NCBI GenBank assembly: GCA_027483805.1
Contig: JAIXTS010000109.1
Location: 6,474-70,473, forward strand
Reading direction: 5' to 3'
DNA from: Azospirillum sp.
Lineage (GTDB): Bacteria; Pseudomonadota; Alphaproteobacteria; Azospirillales; Azospirillaceae
DNA: 64,000 nucleotides
In this document: one piece after another, positions 17,899 to 26,818 of the stretch
Layout: each line of letters starts with the position of its first letter
How positions within the stretch are numbered: position 1 is the stretch's first letter
The notes under the pieces: generated by a model
Database searches by the model: none
Told to the model about the DNA's origin: nothing
Seen by the model: the letters and a program-made list of their open reading frames with translations, nothing else
Made by a program: the position numbers and the translations under genes

Positions 17899-19236
17899 GT
17901 GACGGCCTTGTCGTCTGCGAACATGGGCCCGGTTTCAGCAAACCTTGCCGTGCGGGTGGATGGGGTCGGCAAATGCTACGCCATCTACAGGTCCCCGGCC
18001 GACCGCATGAAACAGATGTTCTGGCCCTGGCGCCGGTTCCATGAGGAATATTGGGCCTTGCGGGACGTCACCCTGCATGTGGCAAAGGGGCAGACGGTCG
18101 GCATCCTGGGGCGTAACGGCGCCGGCAAATCGACCTTGCTGCAGCTGATCACCGGCACATTATCCCCAACCCTGGGCCAGGTGGAGGTGGGCGGACGGGT
18201 GGCCGCCCTGCTGGAACTGGGCGCTGGTTTCAACCCGGAATTCACCGGCCGCGAGAATGTGTATCTGGCGGCAAGCCTGCTGGGCCTGACCGAAACACAG
18301 ATCAAGCAGCGGTTTGACGCCATCACGGCTTTTGCCGGTATCGGGGATTTCCTGGATCAACCGGTGAAGCTCTATTCCAGCGGCATGTATTCCCGCCTGG
18401 CCTTTGCCGTGGCGGCCCATGTTGATGCCGATATCCTGATCATCGATGAAATCCTGGCGGTGGGTGACGCGGCCTTCACGCAGAAATGCATGCGGTTCAT
18501 TGATGATTTCAAAAAGCGTGGAACCATCCTGTTTGTCAGCCATGATGCCGGTGCCATGGCAAAGCTGTGCGACCGCATTCTATGGCTGGATGGCGGCGGG
18601 GTTCGCATGGAAGGCCCGCCAAAGGACGTGCTGGAAGCCTATATGGCGGCCATCCACATGGAAGGTGATGCCGGGCAGTTGCGGGTTGGCGGCCGCCGGC
18701 GCGGACCGCCGCCGCCCGACGCGCTGAAAGCGCCGCCGCCCAGCGCCGTGAAGGTCTTTGATTTCGATCCAGATGCCCCTCAGTTCGGGGCGGGCGGTGC
18801 CCGTGTGCGGGGCGCCACCCTGGCCATCGAAGGCGGCAGCGACTCGGTCCTGTCCGGCGGTCAGGAGGTTGTCCTGTCGGTCGTGGCGGAAATTCTGACC
18901 CCGATGCAGCAACCGATTCTGGGCTTCCTGGTCAAGGATCGGCTGGGCCAGAACATCTTTGTCGACAATACCTGTCAGACCTATCCCATCCAGCCCCGCG
19001 CCCTGCACCCTGGCGATATCCTGACAGCGCGTTTCCATTTCTACATGCCGCATCTGGCGGATGGCGATTACGCCGTCAGTGTCGCGGTCGCGGAGGGGAC
19101 GGAGCAGGCCCATGTGCAGCATCATTGGCTGCATGATGCGCTGTTTTTCCGGGTGGCCAACACACGGCCGTTCCGCGGACTTGTCGCGGTGCCCATGCTG
19201 GACATCACCCTGCGGATCAATGACGACACACCCTGA
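17899..19236 (+). CDS. wzt: Polysaccharide ABC exporter ATPase Wzt with C-terminal carbohydrate-binding domain
   Basis: GRNGAGKST, YSSGM, IIDE; about 190-aa C-terminal Wzt_C-like extension; RBS AAAGGGAG before GTG. Confidence 0.95.
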   Translation: MTALSSANMGPVSANLAVRVDGVGKCYAIYRSPADRMKQMFWPWRRFHEEYWALRDVTLHVAKGQTVGILGRNGAGKSTLLQLITGTLSPTLGQVEVGGRVAALLELGAGFNPEFTGRENVYLAASLLGLTETQIKQRFDAITAFAGIGDFLDQPVKLYSSGMYSRLAFAVAAHVDADILIIDEILAVGDAAFTQKCMRFIDDFKKRGTILFVSHDAGAMAKLCDRILWLDGGGVRMEGPPKDVLEAYMAAIHMEGDAGQLRVGGRRRGPPPPDALKAPPPSAVKVFDFDPDAPQFGAGGARVRGATLAIEGGSDSVLSGGQEVVLSVVAEILTPMQQPILGFLVKDRLGQNIFVDNTCQTYPIQPRALHPGDILTARFHFYMPHLADGDYAVSVAVAEGTEQAHVQHHWLHDALFFRVANTRPFRGLVAVPMLDITLRINDDTP

Positions 19237-19397
19237 GCCGGCCCCTGAGCAGGGATCGGTCCAGGCGCCCCTGCCACCGGGGTCATTGTCCAACCGTAAC
19301 GATGGCTTGCGGCTTGCAGCTTCCAGAATGATCACGGTCCTGCTACCGTCGGCCGGGCCACGGGCGGAGCATTTGCCGGTTTGAGAGGAGGTCGCCT

Positions 19398-22300
19398 TTG
19401 GCGCAGCATATGTTGGATCGACAGCCGCAATACCTGTCCCGGCTGGGCCGCGCGTCCGCTTTCATGATCCCCGACCGGGTTGTCCACCCGCCCTCCTGGG
19501 TGGGGCACATCCCTTTCGCCTTCTGGATCGTCGATATCCTGCGGCCCGCGGTTCTGGTCGAATTGGGAACCCATAGCGGCAATTCCTATTCCGCCTTCTG
19601 TCAGGCGGTGCAGACGCTGGGGATATCCACACGCTGCCACGCCGTCGATACATGGGCCGGCGATCCGCAGGCCGGCCTTTACGGGCCGGAAGTGCTGGCC
19701 GACCTTTCCGCCCACCACGATCCCCGCTATGGGGCCTTCTCAACACTCATGCAGATGCGTTTCGATCAGGCCTTGGCGCATTTTGCCGACGGCTCCATCG
19801 ACCTGCTGCATATTGACGGGCTGCACACCTATGATGCTGTGCGCCATGATTTTGAAACCTGGCTGCCGAAAATGAGCCGGCGCGGGGTTATCCTGTTCCA
19901 TGACATCAATGTGCATCAGCCCGATTTTGGTGTCTGGAAATTATGGGCGGAAATCACCGTCGACCGGCCGCATTTTTCCTTCCTGCATTGTCACGGGCTG
20001 GGTGTGCTGGCCGTCGGCGATGACCTTCCCGATGACCTGCGCTGGCTGTTCGCCGCCCACGGGCAAGATGCCGATGATGCGGCAGGGGTCCATGCCTTCT
20101 TCGCCCGATTGGGCGACGCAATTGTCGATGGCTATCTGTCCTGCGAACGCCAGCGTGTCATACAGGCCCTGGAGAGCACCGTCCGCAGCCGTGAAGCAGA
20201 GCTGATCCCCCTTCGGCTTCAGATCCTGGACCGCGACCGCAGGATCGCCGACCTGACCAGGGCGCGCCAGGAAGATCAGCAGCAGCGCCACGCCGAGATC
20301 ACCCGCCTCAATGATGATCTCCAGGACCAGAGCCGGCTGTTGGCGGCCCATATTGCCATGGTGCAGGAGCGGGATCGGCAGATCCTGGGCTTTCTCCAGT
20401 CAACCTCCTGGCAGTTGACCGCGCCGATCCGGGCCCTTCGCCGTCTGGTCGATCGGGCCCGGCGCGTCTCCTTGCGCCAGTTGCGCCGCCTTCAACAGCG
20501 TCCCTTGACCCATCGGATGACGGTGGCCCAGACGCATCAGATCCAGGCCGACGCATCCGCCGCCCCTGGCGGTCCTTATGAAAGCACAGGCGACGATCCG
20601 CAGCTGATCCTTGTGTCCGACCAGAAACGGGCGCCGCACGGATGGTGTGTGCTTTCCTTTACGGTCGCGGACGCGTCCAGCCCTTTGCTGCCCATGATCT
20701 ATGCCGATACCGGCAATGGCTTCACCGATCAGACGGCGATCGCCCTGCCGCCCGTTCGCGATGGCCGTCTGGAACAATTGTTGGTCCTGTCGCCGGATAC
20801 ACGATCCCTCAGGCTGGACCCGACGATTGAAGCCGCGCGGTTCCAGCTTTCCGGAATCCAGGTGCGGGAAATCAGCCAGGCGGAAGCCCTGTACCGTCTG
20901 GTGCGCCGATATGGGCGCGACTGGCGGCTTGAATGGCGGTCGCTGGCAGCCACGGGGCAGGATCGCGCCGGTCATGACCGGACAGCACAGTTGCTGCGTG
21001 CCAACGTCGCCGGCTCCTACGACCGCTGGGTGGCTTTGTATGACACGCTGCATGACTGGGACCGGGCGGCGATCCGCAACGATATCGGCTCATGGGCAGA
21101 CCGGCCGGTGATCTCGATCCTGATGCCGGTCTATAACCCGCCGGTGGCGTTTCTGCGCCAGGCGCTGGATTCTGTGCAGGGCCAGCTTTATCCCCATTGG
21201 GAATTGTGCATTGCGGATGATGCATCGACCGACCCGGCGGTCGGCGCCCTCCTCCGGGACTATGCGGCCCGTGAACAGCGCATCAAGCTGGTGTTCCGGC
21301 CCGCCAATGGCAATATCGCCGCCGCATCGAACACGGCCCTGGAATTGGTCAGCGGTGCTTTCGTGGCCCTGATGGACCATGATGACATGCTGCCCCCCCA
21401 CGCGCTGTACCGGGTGGCGATGGAGATTGGTCTGCATCCGCAGGCCGATCTGATCTATTCCGACCAGGACAAGATCGACGCCGGCAATCGCCGCTATGGA
21501 CCGTATTTCAAGACCGACTGGAACCCCGATCTGTTGTGCGGTCAGAATATGGTCAGCCATCTGGGGGTGTACCGGACCAGCCTGCTGCGCGATATTGGCG
21601 GTTTCCGGGAGGGGTATGATGGCAGCCAGGATTATGATCTGGTTCTGCGCGCCAGCGAACTGACCACGCCTGACCGTATCCGCCATATTCCGCATGTGCT
21701 CTATCATTGGCGGGTGTTCCAGGGGTCTTCCTCCTTCACCAGCACGGAATTGCCGCGGGCCGTAACGGCCGCAAGACGTGCCATCCAGGATCACCTGGAC
21801 CGTACCGCCCCCGGGGCACGGGCGGAACCGGTGCCCGGCATGGAATGGTTCACCCGTGTCGTGCATGCCCTGCCGGAGCCGGCACCAAAGGTGACGCTGA
21901 TTGTCCCGACGCGCGACAAGGTCGAACTGCTGCGCCCCTGCATCGACAGCCTGCTGCGGCAGACCGACTACCCGGCGTTCGAGATTATTATCGTCGATAA
22001 TGGCAGCCGGGCGCCGGAAACCCACACTTACTTCGCAGAACTGGCCAGCAACCCCCAGGTACAGGTACTGCCCTACGACCAGCCCTTCAATTACTCCGCC
22101 CTCAACAATCACGCCGCCACCCTGGCCAGCGGCGAACTGCTGGGGCTGGTCAATAATGACATCAAGGTGATCAATCCCGGCTGGCTGCGCGAAATGGTGT
22201 CCCAGGCCCTGCGGCCGGGCGTTGGTGTCGTCGGGGCCAAACTCTATTATGGCGACAGCCGGGTGCAGCATGCAGGCGTGGTCACCGGCATCCTGGGCGT

Positions 22301-22775
22301 CGCGAACCATATTTTCAAATTCGCCAGCCGAAATGATCCTGGCTATTTCGGCCGTCTGAAGCTGGTGCAGGAATTTTCCTGCGTCACCGGCGCCTGCATG
22401 GTGATGCGCAAATCGGTTTTCGATCAGGTCGGTGGCCTGGACGCCGAAAACCTCGCCGTCAGCTTCAACGATGTCGATCTGTGCCTGCGCATCCGGGAAG
22501 CCGGGTATCGTGTGGTCTGGACACCGTTTGCTGAACTGTATCACCTGGAATCAATGTCACGGGGCGCCGCCACACAGCCCGATCAGATCGACTGCTTCAA
22601 GCAGGAGATCGCCTATATGCAAACCCGCTGGGCCGGAACATTGGCGGCCGATCCCTTTTACAATGCCAACCTGACATTGAATGATCTCGATTTTTCCTTC
22701 GCCTTCCCCCCGCGCGTATCACCATTTTCCAAGATGATGACACATGATCACCATCACCCCGGCGTTCGCCCCTAG
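19398..22775 (+). CDS. WsaE/WbdD-like multidomain protein: methyltransferase, coiled coil, beta-sandwich and two GT2 domains
   Basis: VELGTHSGNS…LLHIDGLHTYD…FHD; coiled coil ending SWQLTAPIR; ISILMPVYN…DDAS…DHDD; TLIVPTRD…LVNND…VTGAC…FNDVDLCL; TTG start with GAGGAGG RBS. Confidence 0.92.
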   Translation: MAQHMLDRQPQYLSRLGRASAFMIPDRVVHPPSWVGHIPFAFWIVDILRPAVLVELGTHSGNSYSAFCQAVQTLGISTRCHAVDTWAGDPQAGLYGPEVLADLSAHHDPRYGAFSTLMQMRFDQALAHFADGSIDLLHIDGLHTYDAVRHDFETWLPKMSRRGVILFHDINVHQPDFGVWKLWAEITVDRPHFSFLHCHGLGVLAVGDDLPDDLRWLFAAHGQDADDAAGVHAFFARLGDAIVDGYLSCERQRVIQALESTVRSREAELIPLRLQILDRDRRIADLTRARQEDQQQRHAEITRLNDDLQDQSRLLAAHIAMVQERDRQILGFLQSTSWQLTAPIRALRRLVDRARRVSLRQLRRLQQRPLTHRMTVAQTHQIQADASAAPGGPYESTGDDPQLILVSDQKRAPHGWCVLSFTVADASSPLLPMIYADTGNGFTDQTAIALPPVRDGRLEQLLVLSPDTRSLRLDPTIEAARFQLSGIQVREISQAEALYRLVRRYGRDWRLEWRSLAATGQDRAGHDRTAQLLRANVAGSYDRWVALYDTLHDWDRAAIRNDIGSWADRPVISILMPVYNPPVAFLRQALDSVQGQLYPHWELCIADDASTDPAVGALLRDYAAREQRIKLVFRPANGNIAAASNTALELVSGAFVALMDHDDMLPPHALYRVAMEIGLHPQADLIYSDQDKIDAGNRRYGPYFKTDWNPDLLCGQNMVSHLGVYRTSLLRDIGGFREGYDGSQDYDLVLRASELTTPDRIRHIPHVLYHWRVFQGSSSFTSTELPRAVTAARRAIQDHLDRTAPGARAEPVPGMEWFTRVVHALPEPAPKVTLIVPTRDKVELLRPCIDSLLRQTDYPAFEIIIVDNGSRAPETHTYFAELASNPQVQVLPYDQPFNYSALNNHAATLASGELLGLVNNDIKVINPGWLREMVSQALRPGVGVVGAKLYYGDSRVQHAGVVTGILGVANHIFKFASRNDPGYFGRLKLVQEFSCVTGACMVMRKSVFDQVGGLDAENLAVSFNDVDLCLRIREAGYRVVWTPFAELYHLESMSRGAATQPDQIDCFKQEIAYMQTRWAGTLAADPFYNANLTLNDLDFSFAFPPRVSPFSKMMTHDHHHPGVRP

Positions 22776-22998
22776 ACCTGTTTTCGGCTGACCGGAAACA
22801 GGGCCGGCGGCGACTGCCGCCGCGCCGCTCGTGCGGCGCGCCCAAGCTGCGGATGCAGCGCCGGCGATTGAGGAAAACGAATGCTTAGACCTGTTTTCGG
22901 CTGACCGGAAATAGGTCCGGCGGTGACTGCCGCCGCGCCGCTCGTGCGGCGCGGCCAAGCTGCGGATGCAGCGCCGGCGATTGAGGAAAACGAATGCA
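22773..22998. repeat. Two tandem 113-bp copies of a structured intergenic repeat, plus a degenerate start of a third (about 23004-23024)
   Basis: Units begin at 22773 and 22886 (TAGACCTGTTTTCGGCTGACCGGAAA…GCGCCGGCGATTGAGGAAAACGAATGC) and differ at only a few positions. Confidence 0.95.
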
Positions 22999-23264
22999 TA
23001 AAAATCTGTTTTCGGTCAGCGGAACGACGCTCACGTGACCGGGAAGGATGGCGAACGACGCGCGCAGCCAGGCCCCACCCCCAACCGCCGCACCCCTGCC
23101 CCCCGCCATCCGCCCTTGCCGCAGCGCACAAAGCCATGCGATAAGGGTGTCATAAAGCAACATTCTGGAACCGCCGCCCGTATCGGGCCGCCGCCGTTCC
23201 GGCGGTGCTTCGGACGCCTGGCTGCATCGTGCGCCAGGCCGGTTTCAGGGTTACGTTTCCTCAC

Positions 23265-24869
23265 ATGCAAGATTTCAACGGCTTCGGGCTGCTGTCCCCG
23301 CTTTCCGCCGGCTTGGCCGCGGCGGGTTACACCACACCCACTCCCATTCAGGCGCAGGCTTTGCCCGCCGCCTTGGCGGGCCGCGACGTGCTGGGCCTGG
23401 CCCAGACGGGTACCGGCAAGACGGCGGCTTTCGCCCTGCCCATCCTGCAGGCGCTGGCCAAGGCTGACAAGCAGGCCCGGCCGCATTATCCGCGCGCCCT
23501 GATCATGCTGCCCACGCGTGAACTGGCCTTGCAGGTCGGCACGGTCTTCGACCTGCTGGGCATGCAACTGCCCTTCACCAATGCCGTGGTGCATGGCGGC
23601 GTCTCGCTGAACCCGCAGATCAAGGCGCTGGCCGCCGGGGTCGATATTCTGATCGCCACGCCGGGCCGGCTGATCGACCTGATGGATCAGGGCAAGTGCA
23701 AGCTGGACAATATTGTCCTGTTTGTCCTGGACGAGGCGGACCGCATGCTCGACATGGGGTTCCTGCCGGCGGTGAAAAAGATCGTGGCCAAGCTGCCCAA
23801 GACCGGGCGCCAGACCATGTTCTTCTCTGCCACCATGCCCAACGATGTCTCCGGTCTGGCCGAAAGCCTGCTGCGGGATCATGTCCGGGTGGAGGTGACG
23901 CCGCCCGCGACGACGGTGGAGCGTATCGATCAGTCGGTGATCCATCTGGATATGGCGCAGAAGGCGCCGACCCTGGTGAAGCTGCTGTCCGATCCGGCGG
24001 TCGAAACTGCCATCATCTTCACCCGCACCAAGCATGGCGCCAACAAGCTGGCGGCACAGTTGGCCGGGGCCGGCCTGGGCGCCGATGCCTATCACGCCAA
24101 CAAGTCGCAGAATGCCCGCGAACGGGCGCTGGACGCGTTTCGCGCCGGCAAGACCCGCGCCCTGGTCGCCACCGACATTGCGGCGCGCGGCATCGATGTG
24201 GATCTGATCACCCACGTCTTCAATTACGATCTGCCGGAAGTGGCCGACGCCTATGTCCATCGTATCGGCCGTACAGGACGTGCGGGCCGGGCCGGCACCG
24301 CCGTCTCCCTGGTCACGTCCGCCGACCGGCCGCTGCTGAAGCAGATTGAAAAGGTGACGCGCCAGTCGATCCCGCGCCACCCGATGGAACCCGCCGCTGC
24401 TGCCGTGCTGCCGCAGTTGAAGCCCGAACGGCCGCCGCAGCCGCAGCCCAAGCGTAATCGGCCCAAGCCGGCGGGCCAGCCGGGAGAACGCGCCCAGCAG
24501 GGCCGCCCCGGCCATCGCGGCCAGCCGCGCAATGCCGAGGCTGCGCGCAGCGACGCTCCGCGCAGTGAGACGGTGCGCGCCGATGGCACCGCCCCCACGC
24601 CGTCCGCCCGTCCGCAGCAGCCGCGTCCCCAGGGCGCCCGCCCGCAGGGCAATGGTCCCCGCCCGCAGGGTCAGGGCCAGCGTCCGGCCCAACCCGGCAA
24701 GCCGCAGCTTCATTCCCGCCCCGCCGCCGCGAAGCCCCACACCGACAGCCGCCCCGCCCGTGACGGTGCCGCCAAGCCGCAGCGTCCCCAGCGTCCGGCC
24801 CGCGACACTGCGGAAGCCAGCGGTGGTGACTGGACCCCCGATTTCCTGCGCCGTCCGGCGCGGGGGTGA
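23265..24869 (+). CDS. DEAD-box RNA helicase (RhlE-like) with long Pro/Gln/Arg-rich disordered tail
   Basis: TPIQ, AQTGTGKT, PTRELALQ, DEAD, SAT, ATDIAARGID, HRIGRTGRAG; start placed at MQDF (23265). Confidence 0.95.
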   Translation: MQDFNGFGLLSPLSAGLAAAGYTTPTPIQAQALPAALAGRDVLGLAQTGTGKTAAFALPILQALAKADKQARPHYPRALIMLPTRELALQVGTVFDLLGMQLPFTNAVVHGGVSLNPQIKALAAGVDILIATPGRLIDLMDQGKCKLDNIVLFVLDEADRMLDMGFLPAVKKIVAKLPKTGRQTMFFSATMPNDVSGLAESLLRDHVRVEVTPPATTVERIDQSVIHLDMAQKAPTLVKLLSDPAVETAIIFTRTKHGANKLAAQLAGAGLGADAYHANKSQNARERALDAFRAGKTRALVATDIAARGIDVDLITHVFNYDLPEVADAYVHRIGRTGRAGRAGTAVSLVTSADRPLLKQIEKVTRQSIPRHPMEPAAAAVLPQLKPERPPQPQPKRNRPKPAGQPGERAQQGRPGHRGQPRNAEAARSDAPRSETVRADGTAPTPSARPQQPRPQGARPQGNGPRPQGQGQRPAQPGKPQLHSRPAAAKPHTDSRPARDGAAKPQRPQRPARDTAEASGGDWTPDFLRRPARG

Positions 24870-24877
24870 TGTTGAAC

Positions 24878-24914
24878 GTAGGCCAGGGCTCGCCTTCGGC
24901 TCGACCTGACCTAC
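24878..24914. repeat. GTAG-type REP-like palindrome downstream of the helicase
   Basis: GTAGGCCAGG-GCTCGCCTTCGGCTCGA-CCTGACCTAC: GTAG…CTAC ends with an imperfect stem. Confidence 0.6.
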
Positions 24915-25184
24915 CCCTCAATGCTATCATGCGTCCCGCAGCGCTCCATCGCTGCCTGGGTGACGGCCCCCCTTGCCTGTGCAACACGTGCCTGTTTTGT
25001 GTTTCACTATGTTGCACAGACGCGGCGGAAGCACCATTTCGGTAACTCAATTACCAAAATGACATCGAATTCCTGTAACTGGGGGGATCAAATCCGCCAC
25101 GGGCCGTGCTATACTGCCCGCAATGACAGGTCGCACCCGTCTGCGGCCCGATAAACGGACCACCAGAGCCTCAAGGAACGCCCC

Positions 25185-26597
25185 ATGCGCCGCCACCGCC
25201 ATGCCAAGATCGTCGCCACCGTCGGCCCGGCCAGCAATACGCCGGAAAAGCTGAAGGAGCTGTTCCTGGCCGGCGTCGATGTTTTCCGCCTGAATTTCAG
25301 CCACGGCACCCATGACGACCATGCCAAGGTCCATGCCGCCATCCGCGCGCTGGAACGGGAGGTGGGCCGTCCCATCGGCATCCTGCAGGACCTGCAGGGG
25401 CCGAAGATCCGCATCGGCACGCTGACCGCCGGCAAGGAAGAGCTGGTGAATGGGGAACGCGTGACCTTCGTCCTGGGCAAGGAGCCGGGGTCCAAAGACA
25501 ATATCCCCCTGCCGCATCCGGAGATTTTCAAGGCCATCATGCCGGGCCAGGACCTGCTGATCGATGATGGACGGGTGCGCGTGCGGGTGCGCGGCGTGAC
25601 GGATGACAAGATCACGGCAGAGGTGATTGTCGGCGGCACCATCTCCAACCGCAAAGGCGTGAATCTGCCGGGCACGGCGCTCGACCTGTCGCCCCTGACG
25701 GAAAAGGACCGTGCCGATCTGGCCTTTGGTCTGTCGCTGGGCATGGACTGGATCGCCCTGTCCTTCGTGCAGCGCCCGTCCGACGTGATCGAGGCCAAGG
25801 CCCTGATCGGCGACAAGGCCGGTCTGGTCTCCAAGATCGAAAAGCCGCAGGCCCTGGAGAAGATCGAAGACATCATCCGCCTGTCGGATGCCATCATGGT
25901 GGCGCGTGGCGATCTGGGCGTCGAAATCCCGCATGAGGATGTGCCCGGCCGTCAGAAGGAGCTGGTGCGCGCCGCGCGGCTGGCCGCCAAGCCGGTGATC
26001 GTGGCCACCCAGATGCTGGACAGCATGGTGGCCAGCCCCACGCCCACCCGCGCCGAAGCGTCCGACGTTGCCACCGCCGTCTATGACGGGGCCGACGCGG
26101 TCATGCTGTCTGCCGAAAGCGCGTCGGGTCAGTTCCCGCTGGAAGCGGTCTCGATGATGAGCCGGATCATCGCCTCCACCGAACATCACCCCACCTATCG
26201 CCCCATCATCACCGCGCTGGAGCCGGAGGTGGATCACACCCCCTCACACGCCCTGGCCGGCGTGGCCGCCGATCTGGCCGGCACCATCGATGCCGCCGCC
26301 ATCTTTGCCTATACGGCCAGCGGCAATACCGTGGCCCGCATCGCCCGCAAGCGGCCGGATGTGCCGGTCCTGGCGGCCACCCCGCATGAAGGCGTGGCCC
26401 GCCGCCTGGCACTGGTCTGGGGCGCGCATGCCATCCATTCCGGCGATGTCGGCACCTATGAGGAAATGGTGGACCGCGCCCGTGCCCTGGCCGTGAAGGA
26501 AGAATTCGCCCGTCCGGGCGAACGGATCGTCGTCGTCGCCGGCATCCCCTTCGGTCAGTCCGGCAGCACCAACAACCTGCGCATCGCCAAGATCTGA
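25185..26597 (+). CDS. pyk: Pyruvate kinase
   Basis: KIVATVGPAS, RLNFSHG, DLQGPKIR, MVARGDLGVE, ATQMLDSM, MLSAESASG. Confidence 0.97.
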   Translation: MRRHRHAKIVATVGPASNTPEKLKELFLAGVDVFRLNFSHGTHDDHAKVHAAIRALEREVGRPIGILQDLQGPKIRIGTLTAGKEELVNGERVTFVLGKEPGSKDNIPLPHPEIFKAIMPGQDLLIDDGRVRVRVRGVTDDKITAEVIVGGTISNRKGVNLPGTALDLSPLTEKDRADLAFGLSLGMDWIALSFVQRPSDVIEAKALIGDKAGLVSKIEKPQALEKIEDIIRLSDAIMVARGDLGVEIPHEDVPGRQKELVRAARLAAKPVIVATQMLDSMVASPTPTRAEASDVATAVYDGADAVMLSAESASGQFPLEAVSMMSRIIASTEHHPTYRPIITALEPEVDHTPSHALAGVAADLAGTIDAAAIFAYTASGNTVARIARKRPDVPVLAATPHEGVARRLALVWGAHAIHSGDVGTYEEMVDRARALAVKEEFARPGERIVVVAGIPFGQSGSTNNLRIAKI

Positions 26598-26614
26598 TCG
26601 GCGGCGACTGACGG

Positions 26615-26807
26615 GCACGAATCCTGACCGATGGTCAGGATTCGTGCGGCTGGTATAAATTCACCGGTCATAATTTATGACCGGTGATATGGCGGCGACC
26701 GCCGCCGCGCCGCACATGCGGCGTCGCCAAGCCAGCGGATGCTGGCGCCGGCGATTGAGGGGCAGGAAAGATTGACCAAAGGTCAAGATTTCATGCCGCT
26801 GGTATGA
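26615..26807. repeat. Composite palindromic element between convergent pyk and MCP genes; its core is shared with the 22.8-kb repeats
   Basis: 15-bp perfect IR (26615-26647), 13-bp perfect IR (26661-26687), shared core (26691-26760) and a second TGACC-N3-GGTCA hairpin (26766-26807). Confidence 0.9.
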
Positions 26808-26818
26808 GGCGGACGCTA

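Noticed and set aside
5786-22775. Integrative mobile element or prophage origin of glycan locus 1
   Set aside because: No integrase, transposase, tRNA target or flanking direct repeats were seen. A GC or codon shift could not be computed here.
22773-22998. Possible CRISPR array
   Set aside because: The units are 113-bp near-identical tandem copies with no unique spacers, and no cas genes are present.
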